NCBI GenBank assembly: GCA_965205325.1 | Contig: OZ242166.1 | Coordinates: forward strand, 2,018,107 to 2,082,106 | Direction: 5' to 3' | Source of the DNA: Dehalococcoidia bacterium | Lineage (GTDB): Bacteria > Chloroflexota > Dehalococcoidia > Lucifugimonadales > Lucifugimonadaceae | DNA length: 64,000 nucleotides | Part shown: piece by piece, positions 36,295 through 45,220 of the stretch | Numbering within the stretch: the stretch's first letter is position 1 | Layout: every line of letters starts with the position of its first letter | The notes under the pieces: model-generated | The model's input: only the letters and a program-made list of their open reading frames with translations | What the model was told of the DNA's origin: nothing | The model's database searches: none | Translations under genes and position numbers: made by a program

Positions 36295-37381
36295 TGGTGT
36301 CGGGGTTTGGTTCTAGGCCTAGTCCGGGTCGGTCTTCGAAGGCTTTCCATTGTCCGTTTTCGGGCCACGGGACTTCGGTGAAGAGGATGGGCCAGGATTT
36401 CATTTCGCCGCCGAGGACTTCGACGACTCTGAGGTTGGGTGTGGCCATGGTGCAGTGGAGGTGGAGCAGGGAGTAGGCGTGGGGCGCGATGGGGAGGTTG
36501 TAGGAGTCGGCGAGGTGGGTAACCTTCATCCACTCGGTGACGCCCCCTACCCTGCCGATGTCGGGTTGGACGATGTCGGCGCCGCCTCGGGAGATGAGTT
36601 CTTTGAAGCCGTATTTCGTGTACTCGTGCTCGCCGGTGGCGACCGGGATGTTGGTGGCCTTGGAGATCTCCGCCAGACCCTGGATATCGTCGGCTAGGAC
36701 GGGTTCTTCGAACCAACCGACGTTGTAGTCCTCGAACTTGCGGGACATGCGGATGGCCTGTTTGGCGTAGTAGCCGTTGTTGGCGTCGACGAAGATTTCG
36801 ACGTCGTCGCCGACGGCTTTGCGGACGGCTTCCAAGCGTTCGATGTCGGCGCGTTCGTCGGTGCCGTAGTTCATGCCGACCTTCATCTTGATGCGTGGGA
36901 AGCCCATATCGACGTATCCAGTCTGCTCGGCTACGAGTTCGTCGACGGTGTAGTTGGTCCATCCGCCGCTACCGTAGCAGGGGACGGATTCGTGGGCTTG
37001 GCCTAGCAGTTTGTAGAGAGGGACGCCTAGGGCTTTGCCTTTGAGGTCCCAGAGTGCGACGTCGAGGCCGGAGATTGCTTGGAATGCGAAGCCTTTGCGA
37101 CCGTAGCCGCGGACACGCCAGAACATCTCGGTCCAGATGCGTTCGGTCTCGAAGGGTGTCTTGCCGATCAGGATGTCTTTGAGGTTGTCGTTGATGAGGG
37201 AGCGGATGGCGGCGGGGGAGTTTAGGTAGCTGAAGCCCTGGGTGCCTTCGTCGGTGTGGATGTGGATGAATACGGTGGTTCGGCCTCGGGTGCCGGGTTT
37301 GAGCGGGGGGATCGTGGCGTCTTGGATGGCGTCAGCGTCGGGGTTGAAGATGAGGGTTGTTGTTACGTCGGTGATTTTCAT
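36239..37381 (-). CDS. Mandelate racemase/muconate lactonizing enzyme family (enolase superfamily) protein
   Basis: 380-aa ORF with SGLDVALWDLKGKALGVPLYKLLG, FVDANNGY, WFEEP and ATGEHEY. Confidence 0.9.
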   Translation of the reverse strand: MKITDVTTTLIFNPDADAIQDATIPPLKPGTRGRTTVFIHIHTDEGTQGFSYLNSPAAIRSLINDNLKDILIGKTPFETERIWTEMFWRVRGYGRKGFAFQAISGLDVALWDLKGKALGVPLYKLLGQAHESVPCYGSGGWTNYTVDELVAEQTGYVDMGFPRIKMKVGMNYGTDERADIERLEAVRKAVGDDVEIFVDANNGYYAKQAIRMSRKFEDYNVGWFEEPVLADDIQGLAEISKATNIPVATGEHEYTKYGFKELISRGGADIVQPDIGRVGGVTEWMKVTHLADSYNLPIAPHAYSLLHLHCTMATPNLRVVEVLGGEMKSWPILFTEVPWPENGQWKAFEDRPGLGLEPNPDTIKNLSVDSDRNIPGQRGF

Positions 37382-37398
37382 GGGGGGATTGGGGTCGC

Positions 37399-38133
37399 TT
37401 ACGGGTTGTGGTGCACTAAATTATCGGGTAAACCAATTAGCAACAGAGGGCAGGGATTGCCGACACCACGTCGGACCCTTTCCATGAGTTTGGCCCAATG
37501 CGTAGTGGCCGTGCCAAACTTGTCAGTTACGAACGACCTGCTCCACTCGGTAGAGAAGTCGCTTCCTTCCAGACGTGTTTCGACTTGGTTGCGCTGGCGA
37601 ACGGTGGGGTTGTAATCGAACGTCGAAAGGTCGTCAAAGGACGTGATGTTTCGCCGACGTGCGAAGTCCAAAATAATCTGTTGCAACGATGACTGCAGAG
37701 ACGATCCTCGGGTGACAATCACACCTACACTGATGGCGCCTTCATGGTGGAGGCGTTGAAAATTCTCTAAATCTCGGTCATAAAATGGGTCTTTATTGTT
37801 CCATTCGATTTCGAGGGCGATCACCCCGGCGTCGGTTGCGCGCACATGATCGATAATGTGCGTGGTGGATTCTCGCTCCTCACCATCGACAGTCTTACCA
37901 ATCGTTATCTCGCGTTTCGGCCAACCGGAGTTTTCGAACGTCCTCCTTAGACGTTGAGTGAATGGGGCTTCTCCGCCGCCCCGGTGGACCAATTCCTCAA
38001 CTGGAATTGTGAAACCCAGCAAAACCTCACACAGCTCGGATACTGGTTTAGGGAAGTCCCGCTCCAACACAGCTTCAGCGTGATTCAATGATTGGATATT
38101 AAACCCGGCTAACGCCAAGTCTGTCAGGTTCAT
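37399..38133 (-). CDS. BglII/BstYI-like type II restriction endonuclease (putative)
   Basis: 244-aa ORF. IIDHVRATDAGVIALEIEWNNKDPFYDRDLENFQRL...ISVGVIVTRG parallels, from memory, the BglII core DIDFGKRDTLVEVQFSNYPF...KVAIIITKG. The N-terminal LNHAEAVL resembles YNHADEIL. ATGA overlap with the methylase gene. Confidence 0.65.
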   Translation of the reverse strand: MNLTDLALAGFNIQSLNHAEAVLERDFPKPVSELCEVLLGFTIPVEELVHRGGGEAPFTQRLRRTFENSGWPKREITIGKTVDGEERESTTHIIDHVRATDAGVIALEIEWNNKDPFYDRDLENFQRLHHEGAISVGVIVTRGSSLQSSLQQIILDFARRRNITSFDDLSTFDYNPTVRQRNQVETRLEGSDFSTEWSRSFVTDKFGTATTHWAKLMERVRRGVGNPCPLLLIGLPDNLVHHNP

Positions 38134-38792
38134 GCCAACACAGTCGCGGAATTGTAGTTATACGTGGGCCAGTCTGGTTCGTAGCTGTTGGTGGCTTGAT
38201 CACCCCAAACGGTCCATCCAGGCCGTGAGCCGCGGCCGAAGAGTTCCAAGTACGGACCCCACGAACAGGTTTCGATGATGTCGTATTGTTCGTCAGGTTT
38301 TCGAGAGTGTTCGCGCTTGCGACTTGCCATGAAATTCACCTGACGTCGACCAGGACCAAGCGTTCTAGCGTTGACGCCTCGAACGCCGAACAACACCATC
38401 TCAGTGACGTTGCGGAAATAGAACCCTACGCCCCGGCCATCTGAGCCACCATCTTTACGGATCTTGTGCCAGATCAGGTTCGTCTTATAAGTGAACCCCC
38501 ACGCCTCAAGCACCGCCAATCCATCTGGTAACAATGCATTCGGTACCCAAAGGTAGCAATGAGCAGTTTCGGCTAGATGATCTCCAACCGGCAATGCCGC
38601 GATCTCGTCGACTGACAGGGTCTCATAACGCGACAGTCGGCGGTGTTCGGGAGCGACTTTGCCCGTACGGTTGATGAAACGCCAAGGGGGATCTGCCAGA
38701 ATGGTCGAGAAGAGTTGGCCCTTTAGGTCACGTCGGAGGTCATCGCCTGCACTCATACGTCCAGTGTACCGCCAGTTCGTTGCAACGGTCAA
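38130..38792 (-). CDS. MT-A70-family N6-adenine DNA methyltransferase
   Basis: 220-aa ORF with the catalytic ILADPPWRF (DPPW) motif, plus LWVPNALL and SRKPDE. Confidence 0.85.
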   Translation of the reverse strand: MTVATNWRYTGRMSAGDDLRRDLKGQLFSTILADPPWRFINRTGKVAPEHRRLSRYETLSVDEIAALPVGDHLAETAHCYLWVPNALLPDGLAVLEAWGFTYKTNLIWHKIRKDGGSDGRGVGFYFRNVTEMVLFGVRGVNARTLGPGRRQVNFMASRKREHSRKPDEQYDIIETCSWGPYLELFGRGSRPGWTVWGDQATNSYEPDWPTYNYNSATVLA

Positions 38793-38825
38793 CTAGGCCA
38801 AGTTACCGCCAAAAGGACGGCAAAA

Positions 38826-39650
38826 CTACACTTTCCGATACCGCCAAACCGCCACCGGTCCAACCACGAACGTAAACACTGCGGTCCACAAAACTGTCGG
38901 CCAAGCGTTCTCCAAAATCGCCCCACCTTGAGACAACGCACGCCCAAGATCCACCGCGTAGGTTACGGGGTTGATGCTGGTGAAGGGTTGGAGCCAGCCG
39001 GGCATGGTTTCTACGGGGACGAAGGCGGAGGATAGGAAGGTGAAAGGGAAGACGACGAAGAACATCAGCGATCCGGCACCTTCGGCGTTGCGGACGGATG
39101 CTCCGATGAGCGCGGCGACCCATGAGAATCCGAAGGCGAATCCGGCGACCATGAATGGCACTGCGAAACCCGGCCAGAATCCGCCGTGGAAACGCATTCC
39201 GATTACATAGCCGACGGCGAGCATCAGACAGGCGACGAATAGGCTGACGAGAGTTTCGGCAGCGACTCTGCCTCCTAGGACGGCGGAGCGGGCCATGGGT
39301 AGGGATCGGTAGCGGTCGACCATTCCTTTTTGGAGGTCTTCGGCGAGTCCGACGCCGGTCTGGGTGGCGCTGAAGAGGGTTGTCTGGACGAGAATTCCGG
39401 GCATAAGGAAGTCGATATAGTTGAGGTCGCCGGTGGGGATCGCTCCTCCGAAGACGTAGTTGAAGAGGAAGATGAACATTACGGGAGAAGCGGTGGAGAA
39501 TATGAAGAGTTCTGGGGAGCGTCGGTAACGGATTAGGTTCCGCCATGTCATGACGATGGTGTCGGCGATCATCCAACGCGATTCGACGGCGATGGCTGAT
39601 AGCAGTTCGCCGAAGGCTGAACGGTCTTGGATTTGTGCGGGTTGGTTCAT
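38826..39650 (-). CDS. ABC-2-type exporter permease (copy 3)
   Basis: 274-aa ORF with 6 TM segments. Collinear with the two upstream paralogs (WRNLIRYRRSPE, DRYRSLPMARSAVLGGR, VPVETMPGWLQPF). Confidence 0.85.
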   Translation of the reverse strand: MNQPAQIQDRSAFGELLSAIAVESRWMIADTIVMTWRNLIRYRRSPELFIFSTASPVMFIFLFNYVFGGAIPTGDLNYIDFLMPGILVQTTLFSATQTGVGLAEDLQKGMVDRYRSLPMARSAVLGGRVAAETLVSLFVACLMLAVGYVIGMRFHGGFWPGFAVPFMVAGFAFGFSWVAALIGASVRNAEGAGSLMFFVVFPFTFLSSAFVPVETMPGWLQPFTSINPVTYAVDLGRALSQGGAILENAWPTVLWTAVFTFVVGPVAVWRYRKV

Positions 39651-39665
39651 TTGTCTCGTCGTGAT

Positions 39666-40490
39666 TTACACGCGGCTGTAGCGCCAAGTGGCTAAAGGAG
39701 CGAATACGAAGACCATCGCGATAACCCATAAAGCGGTTATCACTGCATTGGCTATCAACGGTCCTCCTTGCGCCAATGCCCTAGCCAGATCGACCGCGTT
39801 TGTGACCGGATTCACCTTGGCAAAGAGCTGCAACCATCCGGGCATGGTTTCGACAGGTACGTAAGCTGAACTGAGGAATGATAGCGGCAATGCGATGATG
39901 AACGTGGCTGATCCTACAACTTCGGCGCTCCGAGCGATTGCACCGATGAATGCCGCCACCCAGCAGAATCCGAAGCTGAAAGCGGCGATGGTAAATGGCA
40001 GGAAGATCGCTGGGATCAAGTCGCCGTGGAAGCGCATGCCGATCACTACGGCGATGGCCAGTGTCCAGATTGCGGTTAAGAATGCAAAGATCGCGGTTGA
40101 GGTGACTCGTCCTCCGAGTACCGCCGAGCGTGCCATCGGCAATGAGCGGTAACGATCAACGATGCCTTGTTGGAGATCTTCTGCGAGACCGACACCGGTT
40201 TGCATAGCGTTAAAGACGCTGTTTTGGATCAGAATCCCGGGTATCAAAAAGTCCACGTATGCCATGTCGCCAGTGGAGATCGCGCCTCCGAAGGTGTAGG
40301 TAAAGAGAAGCACGAACATCACGGGGCCTGCGATGCTCGTCAATAGGAACTCGGGATTGCGAGCGTAGCGCATCAAGTTTCGCCAAGTCAGCATCCAAGT
40401 GTCTGATGCGACCCAACGGAATTCGTAAAAGACGGACCAGACGACTTCGCGGATCGGCGATCCGTGCGTCTGCAGGGTTTGGGTTGTCAC
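39666..40490 (-). CDS. ABC-2-type exporter permease (copy 2)
   Basis: C-terminal 274 codons of ORF 39666..41315. The GTG 40490 start overlaps the upstream TGA (GTGA). WRNLMRYARNPE, DRYRSLPMARSAVLGGR, VPVETMPGWLQLF. Confidence 0.85.
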   Translation of the reverse strand: MTTQTLQTHGSPIREVVWSVFYEFRWVASDTWMLTWRNLMRYARNPEFLLTSIAGPVMFVLLFTYTFGGAISTGDMAYVDFLIPGILIQNSVFNAMQTGVGLAEDLQQGIVDRYRSLPMARSAVLGGRVTSTAIFAFLTAIWTLAIAVVIGMRFHGDLIPAIFLPFTIAAFSFGFCWVAAFIGAIARSAEVVGSATFIIALPLSFLSSAYVPVETMPGWLQLFAKVNPVTNAVDLARALAQGGPLIANAVITALWVIAMVFVFAPLATWRYSRV

Positions 40491-41341
40491 GAGATCTGCC
40501 TGTAGCGCCAAGTGGCAAGTGTTCCTACGCCGATGATTAGTAGTGCGATCCAGAACGCGGTGACCCATGCATAGGATGCGAGGGGCCCGCCTTGTGCCAT
40601 GTTGCGGCATAGGTTGACGACGTGGGTGATGGGATTTACCTCGGCGAAGGCTTGCAGCCAGCCCGGCATCGTTTCGACGGGGACGAAAGTGGAGCTGAGG
40701 AAGGTGAGTGGGATGGTGATGAAGAATGTGGACGCGCTGGCGGTCTCCGCATTTCTGACCGTGACCCCGACGAGTGCCGATAACCATGCAACGGCGAAGC
40801 AGAACGCGGCTATGACTAAGGGCATGAGGAGGGCTGGCACGAGTCCCCCATGGAACCTCATGCCGAGGAGAAGAGCGATCCCAAGTGTCCAGTAGACGCT
40901 GGCGAAACTCACCAAGGTTGTCGCGCAGACGCGGCCACCGAGCACCGCTGACCGGGCCATGGGCAGCGATCGGTATCTGTCGACGAAACCTTTTTGCAGA
41001 TCCTGGGCGAGTCCGATGCCAGTGTTCATCACCGTGAAGAGGTTGTTCTGGATCAGTACGCCCGGCACCAGATAGTCGATGTAGTTGAAATCCCTGCCCG
41101 CGCCGATTGCACCGCCGAAGACGTAGTTGAAGAGGAACAGGAACATGACCGGTCCTGCGATCGTCGACAACAGCGTCTCCGGATTCCGGCGGTAGTGCAT
41201 GAGATTTCGCCACGCCATCATCGCGGTGTCTGCCGCGAGCCATCGGAACTCGTAAAGGAGCGATCCGACCGCCTCTCGGAAGGGGCTGGCTGAAGGCGCA
41301 GATTGGGGCCGCCAATCGTTGACGGTACGTTGCAGGTTCAA
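40487..41341 (-). CDS. ABC-2-type exporter permease (copy 1)
   Basis: 284-aa ORF with WRNLMHYRRNPE, DRYRSLPMARSAVLGGR and VPVETMPGWLQAF. Overlaps the ATPase gene stop. Confidence 0.85.
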   Translation of the reverse strand: MNLQRTVNDWRPQSAPSASPFREAVGSLLYEFRWLAADTAMMAWRNLMHYRRNPETLLSTIAGPVMFLFLFNYVFGGAIGAGRDFNYIDYLVPGVLIQNNLFTVMNTGIGLAQDLQKGFVDRYRSLPMARSAVLGGRVCATTLVSFASVYWTLGIALLLGMRFHGGLVPALLMPLVIAAFCFAVAWLSALVGVTVRNAETASASTFFITIPLTFLSSTFVPVETMPGWLQAFAEVNPITHVVNLCRNMAQGGPLASYAWVTAFWIALLIIGVGTLATWRYRQIS

Positions 41342-42315
41342 TTGCGGTCCTGCTCGGATTCGGTGGCGGCTTCTTCGGCGGTGCGGCCGGTTAGCGCGAG
41401 GAAGACATCGTCGAGGGTTGGTTGGCGGAGGGTCATGTTGGTGACGGGGATGTTCTCGGCATCGAGGGAACGGACGATCTGCACCATGAGCGACGCTCCG
41501 TCATCGACCATGATCGAGGCCACGTTATCCTCTTCGTTAACGTCGCACTCGTCGTTTTCAGCGAATTTGGTCAATACACCCGCGGCGCGACGTGTGTCCT
41601 CAGCGTCGCGGACGGTGACCTCGATGAACTCCGAACCAGCTTGGTGTTTGAGTTCGGACGCAGTGCCTTGGGCGATGACTTTCCCGAGATCAATGACGGT
41701 TATTTCGTCGGCCAGCTGGTCGGCTTCTTCGAGGTATTGGGTCGTGAGGAGAACCGTTGTGCCCTCGCTGACCAGATTTCGAATGACATCCCAGAGTTCG
41801 AGTCGGCTGCGGGGATCCAGGCCTGTTGTGGGCTCGTCGAGGAATATCATGGGCGGGTTTGCGACTAGGCTGGCGGCGAGGTCGAGACGTCGGCGCATTC
41901 CGCCGGAGTAGCCTTTGACGGAGCGGTCGGCGGCGTCTACGAGATCGAACTGTTCGAGGAGATCTTGGGCGCGTTTCTGGACCTGGCGCTTGGGCATGTG
42001 GTAAAGGCGGCCAGCCATGTGGATGTTTTCTCGTCCGGTCAGAAGATCGTCGACGGCGGCGCTCTGACCTGCTAAGCCAATGTGGGCACGGAGATGACGG
42101 GCGTGACGGACGACGTCGTAGCCAAGTACGGTTGCTGAGCCCGAGGATGGACGCAGCAAGGTCGTCAGGATGCGTACGAGCGTGGTCTTTCCGGCGCCGT
42201 TGGGCCCGAGGAGTCCCATGACCGACCCGCGTCGGACGTTGAGATCAACGTTTTCCAAAGCGATGACGCTGCCGTACGACTTTGAAATCTGGTTGACTTG
42301 GATTGCGTGGTCCAT
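41338..42315 (-). CDS. ABC transporter ATP-binding protein (DrrA-like, ABC-2 exporter)
   Basis: 325-aa ORF. Walker A GLLGPNGAGKTT, signature YSGGMRRRLDLA, Walker B IFLDEPTTGLD. Confidence 0.9.
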   Translation of the reverse strand: MDHAIQVNQISKSYGSVIALENVDLNVRRGSVMGLLGPNGAGKTTLVRILTTLLRPSSGSATVLGYDVVRHARHLRAHIGLAGQSAAVDDLLTGRENIHMAGRLYHMPKRQVQKRAQDLLEQFDLVDAADRSVKGYSGGMRRRLDLAASLVANPPMIFLDEPTTGLDPRSRLELWDVIRNLVSEGTTVLLTTQYLEEADQLADEITVIDLGKVIAQGTASELKHQAGSEFIEVTVRDAEDTRRAAGVLTKFAENDECDVNEEDNVASIMVDDGASLMVQIVRSLDAENIPVTNMTLRQPTLDDVFLALTGRTAEEAATESEQDRN

Positions 42316-42517
42316 GGAATAGCGAGGTGGTTTGTAGATGCGGTTAAGGGGTCAATCGCGATCTTGAAGGTGATCAGATGACGAGTCTAACCCCCTGTTG
42401 ACTATGTTCAAAACGGCATGTTTACGACGGGTTTTGGTCATGACAATTGCGGATAATTTGGGGATGGACGCCCTTTGATATCGGGTTCCTGATCGGGGAC
42501 CGCTGGGTGGATACGCT

Positions 42518-43840
42518 TTGTCGATGATTCAAGAGCGCATGTCAGCGCTTCGCGCACGAACGACTCGGCGTGTCTACCGCGGATGGTGGGTGTCGCTGGC
42601 GGGTGCGTTCAACATGGTGCTGAGTTCGGGGCCGACTTATCAGGCTTCGAGCGTGCTTTTCAAGGCGATTGAGGATGAGTTCGGCTGGTCCCGGGCGCTC
42701 ATCTCGGGGGTGGCATCTTTCGGCAGGTTTGGCGGCGCGATGTTGGGACCGATCGAGGGATTTCTGACGGACCGCTTCGGCTCCGGAAAGATGGTCCTGA
42801 TCGGTTTCACGATGGGCGGAACGGGTCTGATCTTCTTCTCTCTGATCCAAGGGGCGCTGCAGTACTACTTCGCATTTTTCCTGTTGTCGCTGGGTTTCAG
42901 TGTGGGTGGGTTCGTGCCTTCGATCACGGCGGTGAATGCTTGGATGGTCCGCAACCGCGCGACTGGGATGTCGATCGTGATTGGGGGGAGCAGCCTTGCG
43001 GGGTTGTTAGTGCCGCCGATGGTCTGGAGCATCAACACATACGGTTGGCGACCGACCGTCTTTGTAATCGGCATAATCGCGATCTTGTTTGGTCCGGTCG
43101 TTGCGAGGCTTCTCGGGAAACGACCGACGCCTGAACAGATAGCGGAACAGACGCGATCAACGGCCGAGCCGGGAAGCCGTGCGAGGCGAACGCGGCACTA
43201 TGACTTCACGCCGAAGGAGGCGTTGCGCACCCCCGCTTTCTGGTCGATCTCGATTACGCACATGCTGGTCAACTTGTCGACGGGGGCCATATCGGGGCAC
43301 CTGTTTCTGCATCTCACCGATGCCAACGGCGTCAATCTGGACGACGCGACGGCGTCGGGAGTGATGCCGATCCTAGTTGTGACCGCGTTTATATTCCAAC
43401 TTACGGGTGGGATCATGGGTGACCGGATCAGCAAGCGCGTTTTGGTGCCATTCCTTCTGCTGATTCAAGGGGGATCGCTTGTCATCTTGGCGGTCGCAGA
43501 TTCGTTCGTAATGGCTGCAGTCTTCGCCGTGGTCTGGGGGATCGGATTCGGGGCGCGCACTCCCCTTCTGCATGCGATGCGAGGCGAATATTTCGGGCGT
43601 CGACATTTCGGGACCATCTTGGGTCTTTCCAGTTTTCCGATGTCGATCGGCATCACGCTCGCGCCATTCGTGATGGGTTGGGTCCACGACATCCAACACA
43701 CTTACGAGTGGAGTCTGTATGTACTTGCTGTGACGTGCGTGATGGCGAGCGTGACCATCCTCTTTGCGGCGCGACCCATACCACCAAGGTTGCGCGGCAG
43801 GCTGCAGGCGATGGCGGAGCGGCGAGCGGCGCGGGTTTGA
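42518..43840 (+). CDS. MFS transporter
   Basis: 440-aa ORF (TTG 42518 or ATG 42524). About 12 TM segments. Paralog of 43873..45180. Confidence 0.85.
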   Translation: MSMIQERMSALRARTTRRVYRGWWVSLAGAFNMVLSSGPTYQASSVLFKAIEDEFGWSRALISGVASFGRFGGAMLGPIEGFLTDRFGSGKMVLIGFTMGGTGLIFFSLIQGALQYYFAFFLLSLGFSVGGFVPSITAVNAWMVRNRATGMSIVIGGSSLAGLLVPPMVWSINTYGWRPTVFVIGIIAILFGPVVARLLGKRPTPEQIAEQTRSTAEPGSRARRTRHYDFTPKEALRTPAFWSISITHMLVNLSTGAISGHLFLHLTDANGVNLDDATASGVMPILVVTAFIFQLTGGIMGDRISKRVLVPFLLLIQGGSLVILAVADSFVMAAVFAVVWGIGFGARTPLLHAMRGEYFGRRHFGTILGLSSFPMSIGITLAPFVMGWVHDIQHTYEWSLYVLAVTCVMASVTILFAARPIPPRLRGRLQAMAERRAARV

Positions 43841-43872
43841 TCGCCTGTTAACCGCGCTTTGGTAGCCTCGTT

Positions 43873-45180
43873 TTGGCAATGAGACCCTTTCGATCATTAA
43901 GCGTCCGGTCGCTCGCACCAAGGCGGGTCTATTTCGGTTGGTGGGTGACGCTAGCAGGTGGCGTCAACACGGTTTTCAGTTCGGGGCCCACGTTCCAAGC
44001 GGCGAGCGTGCTGTTCAAGGCGATCGAGGATGAGTTTGGCTGGTCGCGGACGGTCATTTCTGGCGTGGCAACGTTTGGGAGATTGGGAGCTACGTTGCTT
44101 AGCCCGATCGAAGGTTGGCTCGTCGATACCTTTGGGTCTGGTCGGATGGTGTTGATCGGTTTGACGCTCGGCGGTGCGGGTTTGATCTTTTTCTCGCGGG
44201 TGACCGGACCGGTGCAGACCTATGCGGCCTTCCTTGTGTTGTCGCTCGGATTGAGTTCTGGCGGTTTCACACCTGCGCTGACGTCGGCGAATGCTTGGAT
44301 GGTTAGGCATCGCGGTTTGGGGATGTCGATCGTCGAAGGAGGCGTCAGTGTCGGCGGATTGCTGGTCCCGCTGATTGTCTGGGGTATCGGCGAATATGGC
44401 TGGCGGACGACGGTCTTGACGATGGGGATCGTCACGATTGCCGTTGCGCCGTTTATCTCGTGGATCGTCGGGAAGCGGCCGACGCCCGAACAGCTGTTGA
44501 CGCAGATCCCAACCAGCAGTGATGGGGCGCGTCGGCGTGCGCGAGATTCGGCTCACGACTTTACGGTCAAGGAAGCGTTGCGGACGCGGGCTTTCTGGTC
44601 GATATCGATCACTCACATGTTGGTGAACATTTCGACAGGGGCGATATCGGCACACCTATTCCTTCATCTGAGCGACGAGAATGGTGTAGGACTTGACGTG
44701 ACCGCCGCATCTGCGGTCGTACCAATCATGGTGACCACAGCCTTCTTTGCTCAGTTGGCCGGAGGTATCGTCGGGGACATTTGGAATAAACGGATCCTTA
44801 TCCCGTTGCTAGTTCTTGTACAAGCATCGTCGTTGATCATCCTCGCAGTCGCGGAATCGCTGTTGATGGCTTCACTTTTCGCGGTGTTTTGGGGTATAGG
44901 TTTTGGCGCTAGGACGCCGATGTTGCTGTCGTTACGAGGTGAATTCTTCGGAAGGCGACATTTCGCAACGATTTTCGTGTGGTCGAGTTTGCCCATGTCG
45001 ATCGGGATGATGCTGGCGCCGGTTCTCGTTGGTTGGTCGCACGATGCATGGAATACGTACGATTGGTCGCTTTATGCCTTGGCGGGTTTTTGCGTCGCAG
45101 GGAGCGTGACGGCGCTGTTTGCGACTCGGCCTATGGTGCCGGCGGTACGGCGAAGGTTTGATGCACGCCGGGCAAGATAA
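43873..45180 (+). CDS. MFS transporter (tandem paralog)
   Basis: 435-aa ORF, collinear with the previous gene (SVLFKAIEDEFGWSR, TPEQ, AFWSISITHMLVN shared). Confidence 0.85.
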   Translation: MAMRPFRSLSVRSLAPRRVYFGWWVTLAGGVNTVFSSGPTFQAASVLFKAIEDEFGWSRTVISGVATFGRLGATLLSPIEGWLVDTFGSGRMVLIGLTLGGAGLIFFSRVTGPVQTYAAFLVLSLGLSSGGFTPALTSANAWMVRHRGLGMSIVEGGVSVGGLLVPLIVWGIGEYGWRTTVLTMGIVTIAVAPFISWIVGKRPTPEQLLTQIPTSSDGARRRARDSAHDFTVKEALRTRAFWSISITHMLVNISTGAISAHLFLHLSDENGVGLDVTAASAVVPIMVTTAFFAQLAGGIVGDIWNKRILIPLLVLVQASSLIILAVAESLLMASLFAVFWGIGFGARTPMLLSLRGEFFGRRHFATIFVWSSLPMSIGMMLAPVLVGWSHDAWNTYDWSLYALAGFCVAGSVTALFATRPMVPAVRRRFDARRAR

Positions 45181-45220
45181 ATCTGAAGCGGGCCAAGTAG
45201 GTACTGCTTAGAGCGAACCT

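Noticed and set aside
39666-41315. 549-aa ORF spanning two ABC-2 permease genes
   Set aside because: Only its C-terminal 274 codons look like a permease. The N-terminal half is an out-of-frame, Arg/Pro-rich read-through of the upstream paralog (40487..41341). A GTG at 40490 overlapping the upstream stop gives a normal-sized protein.
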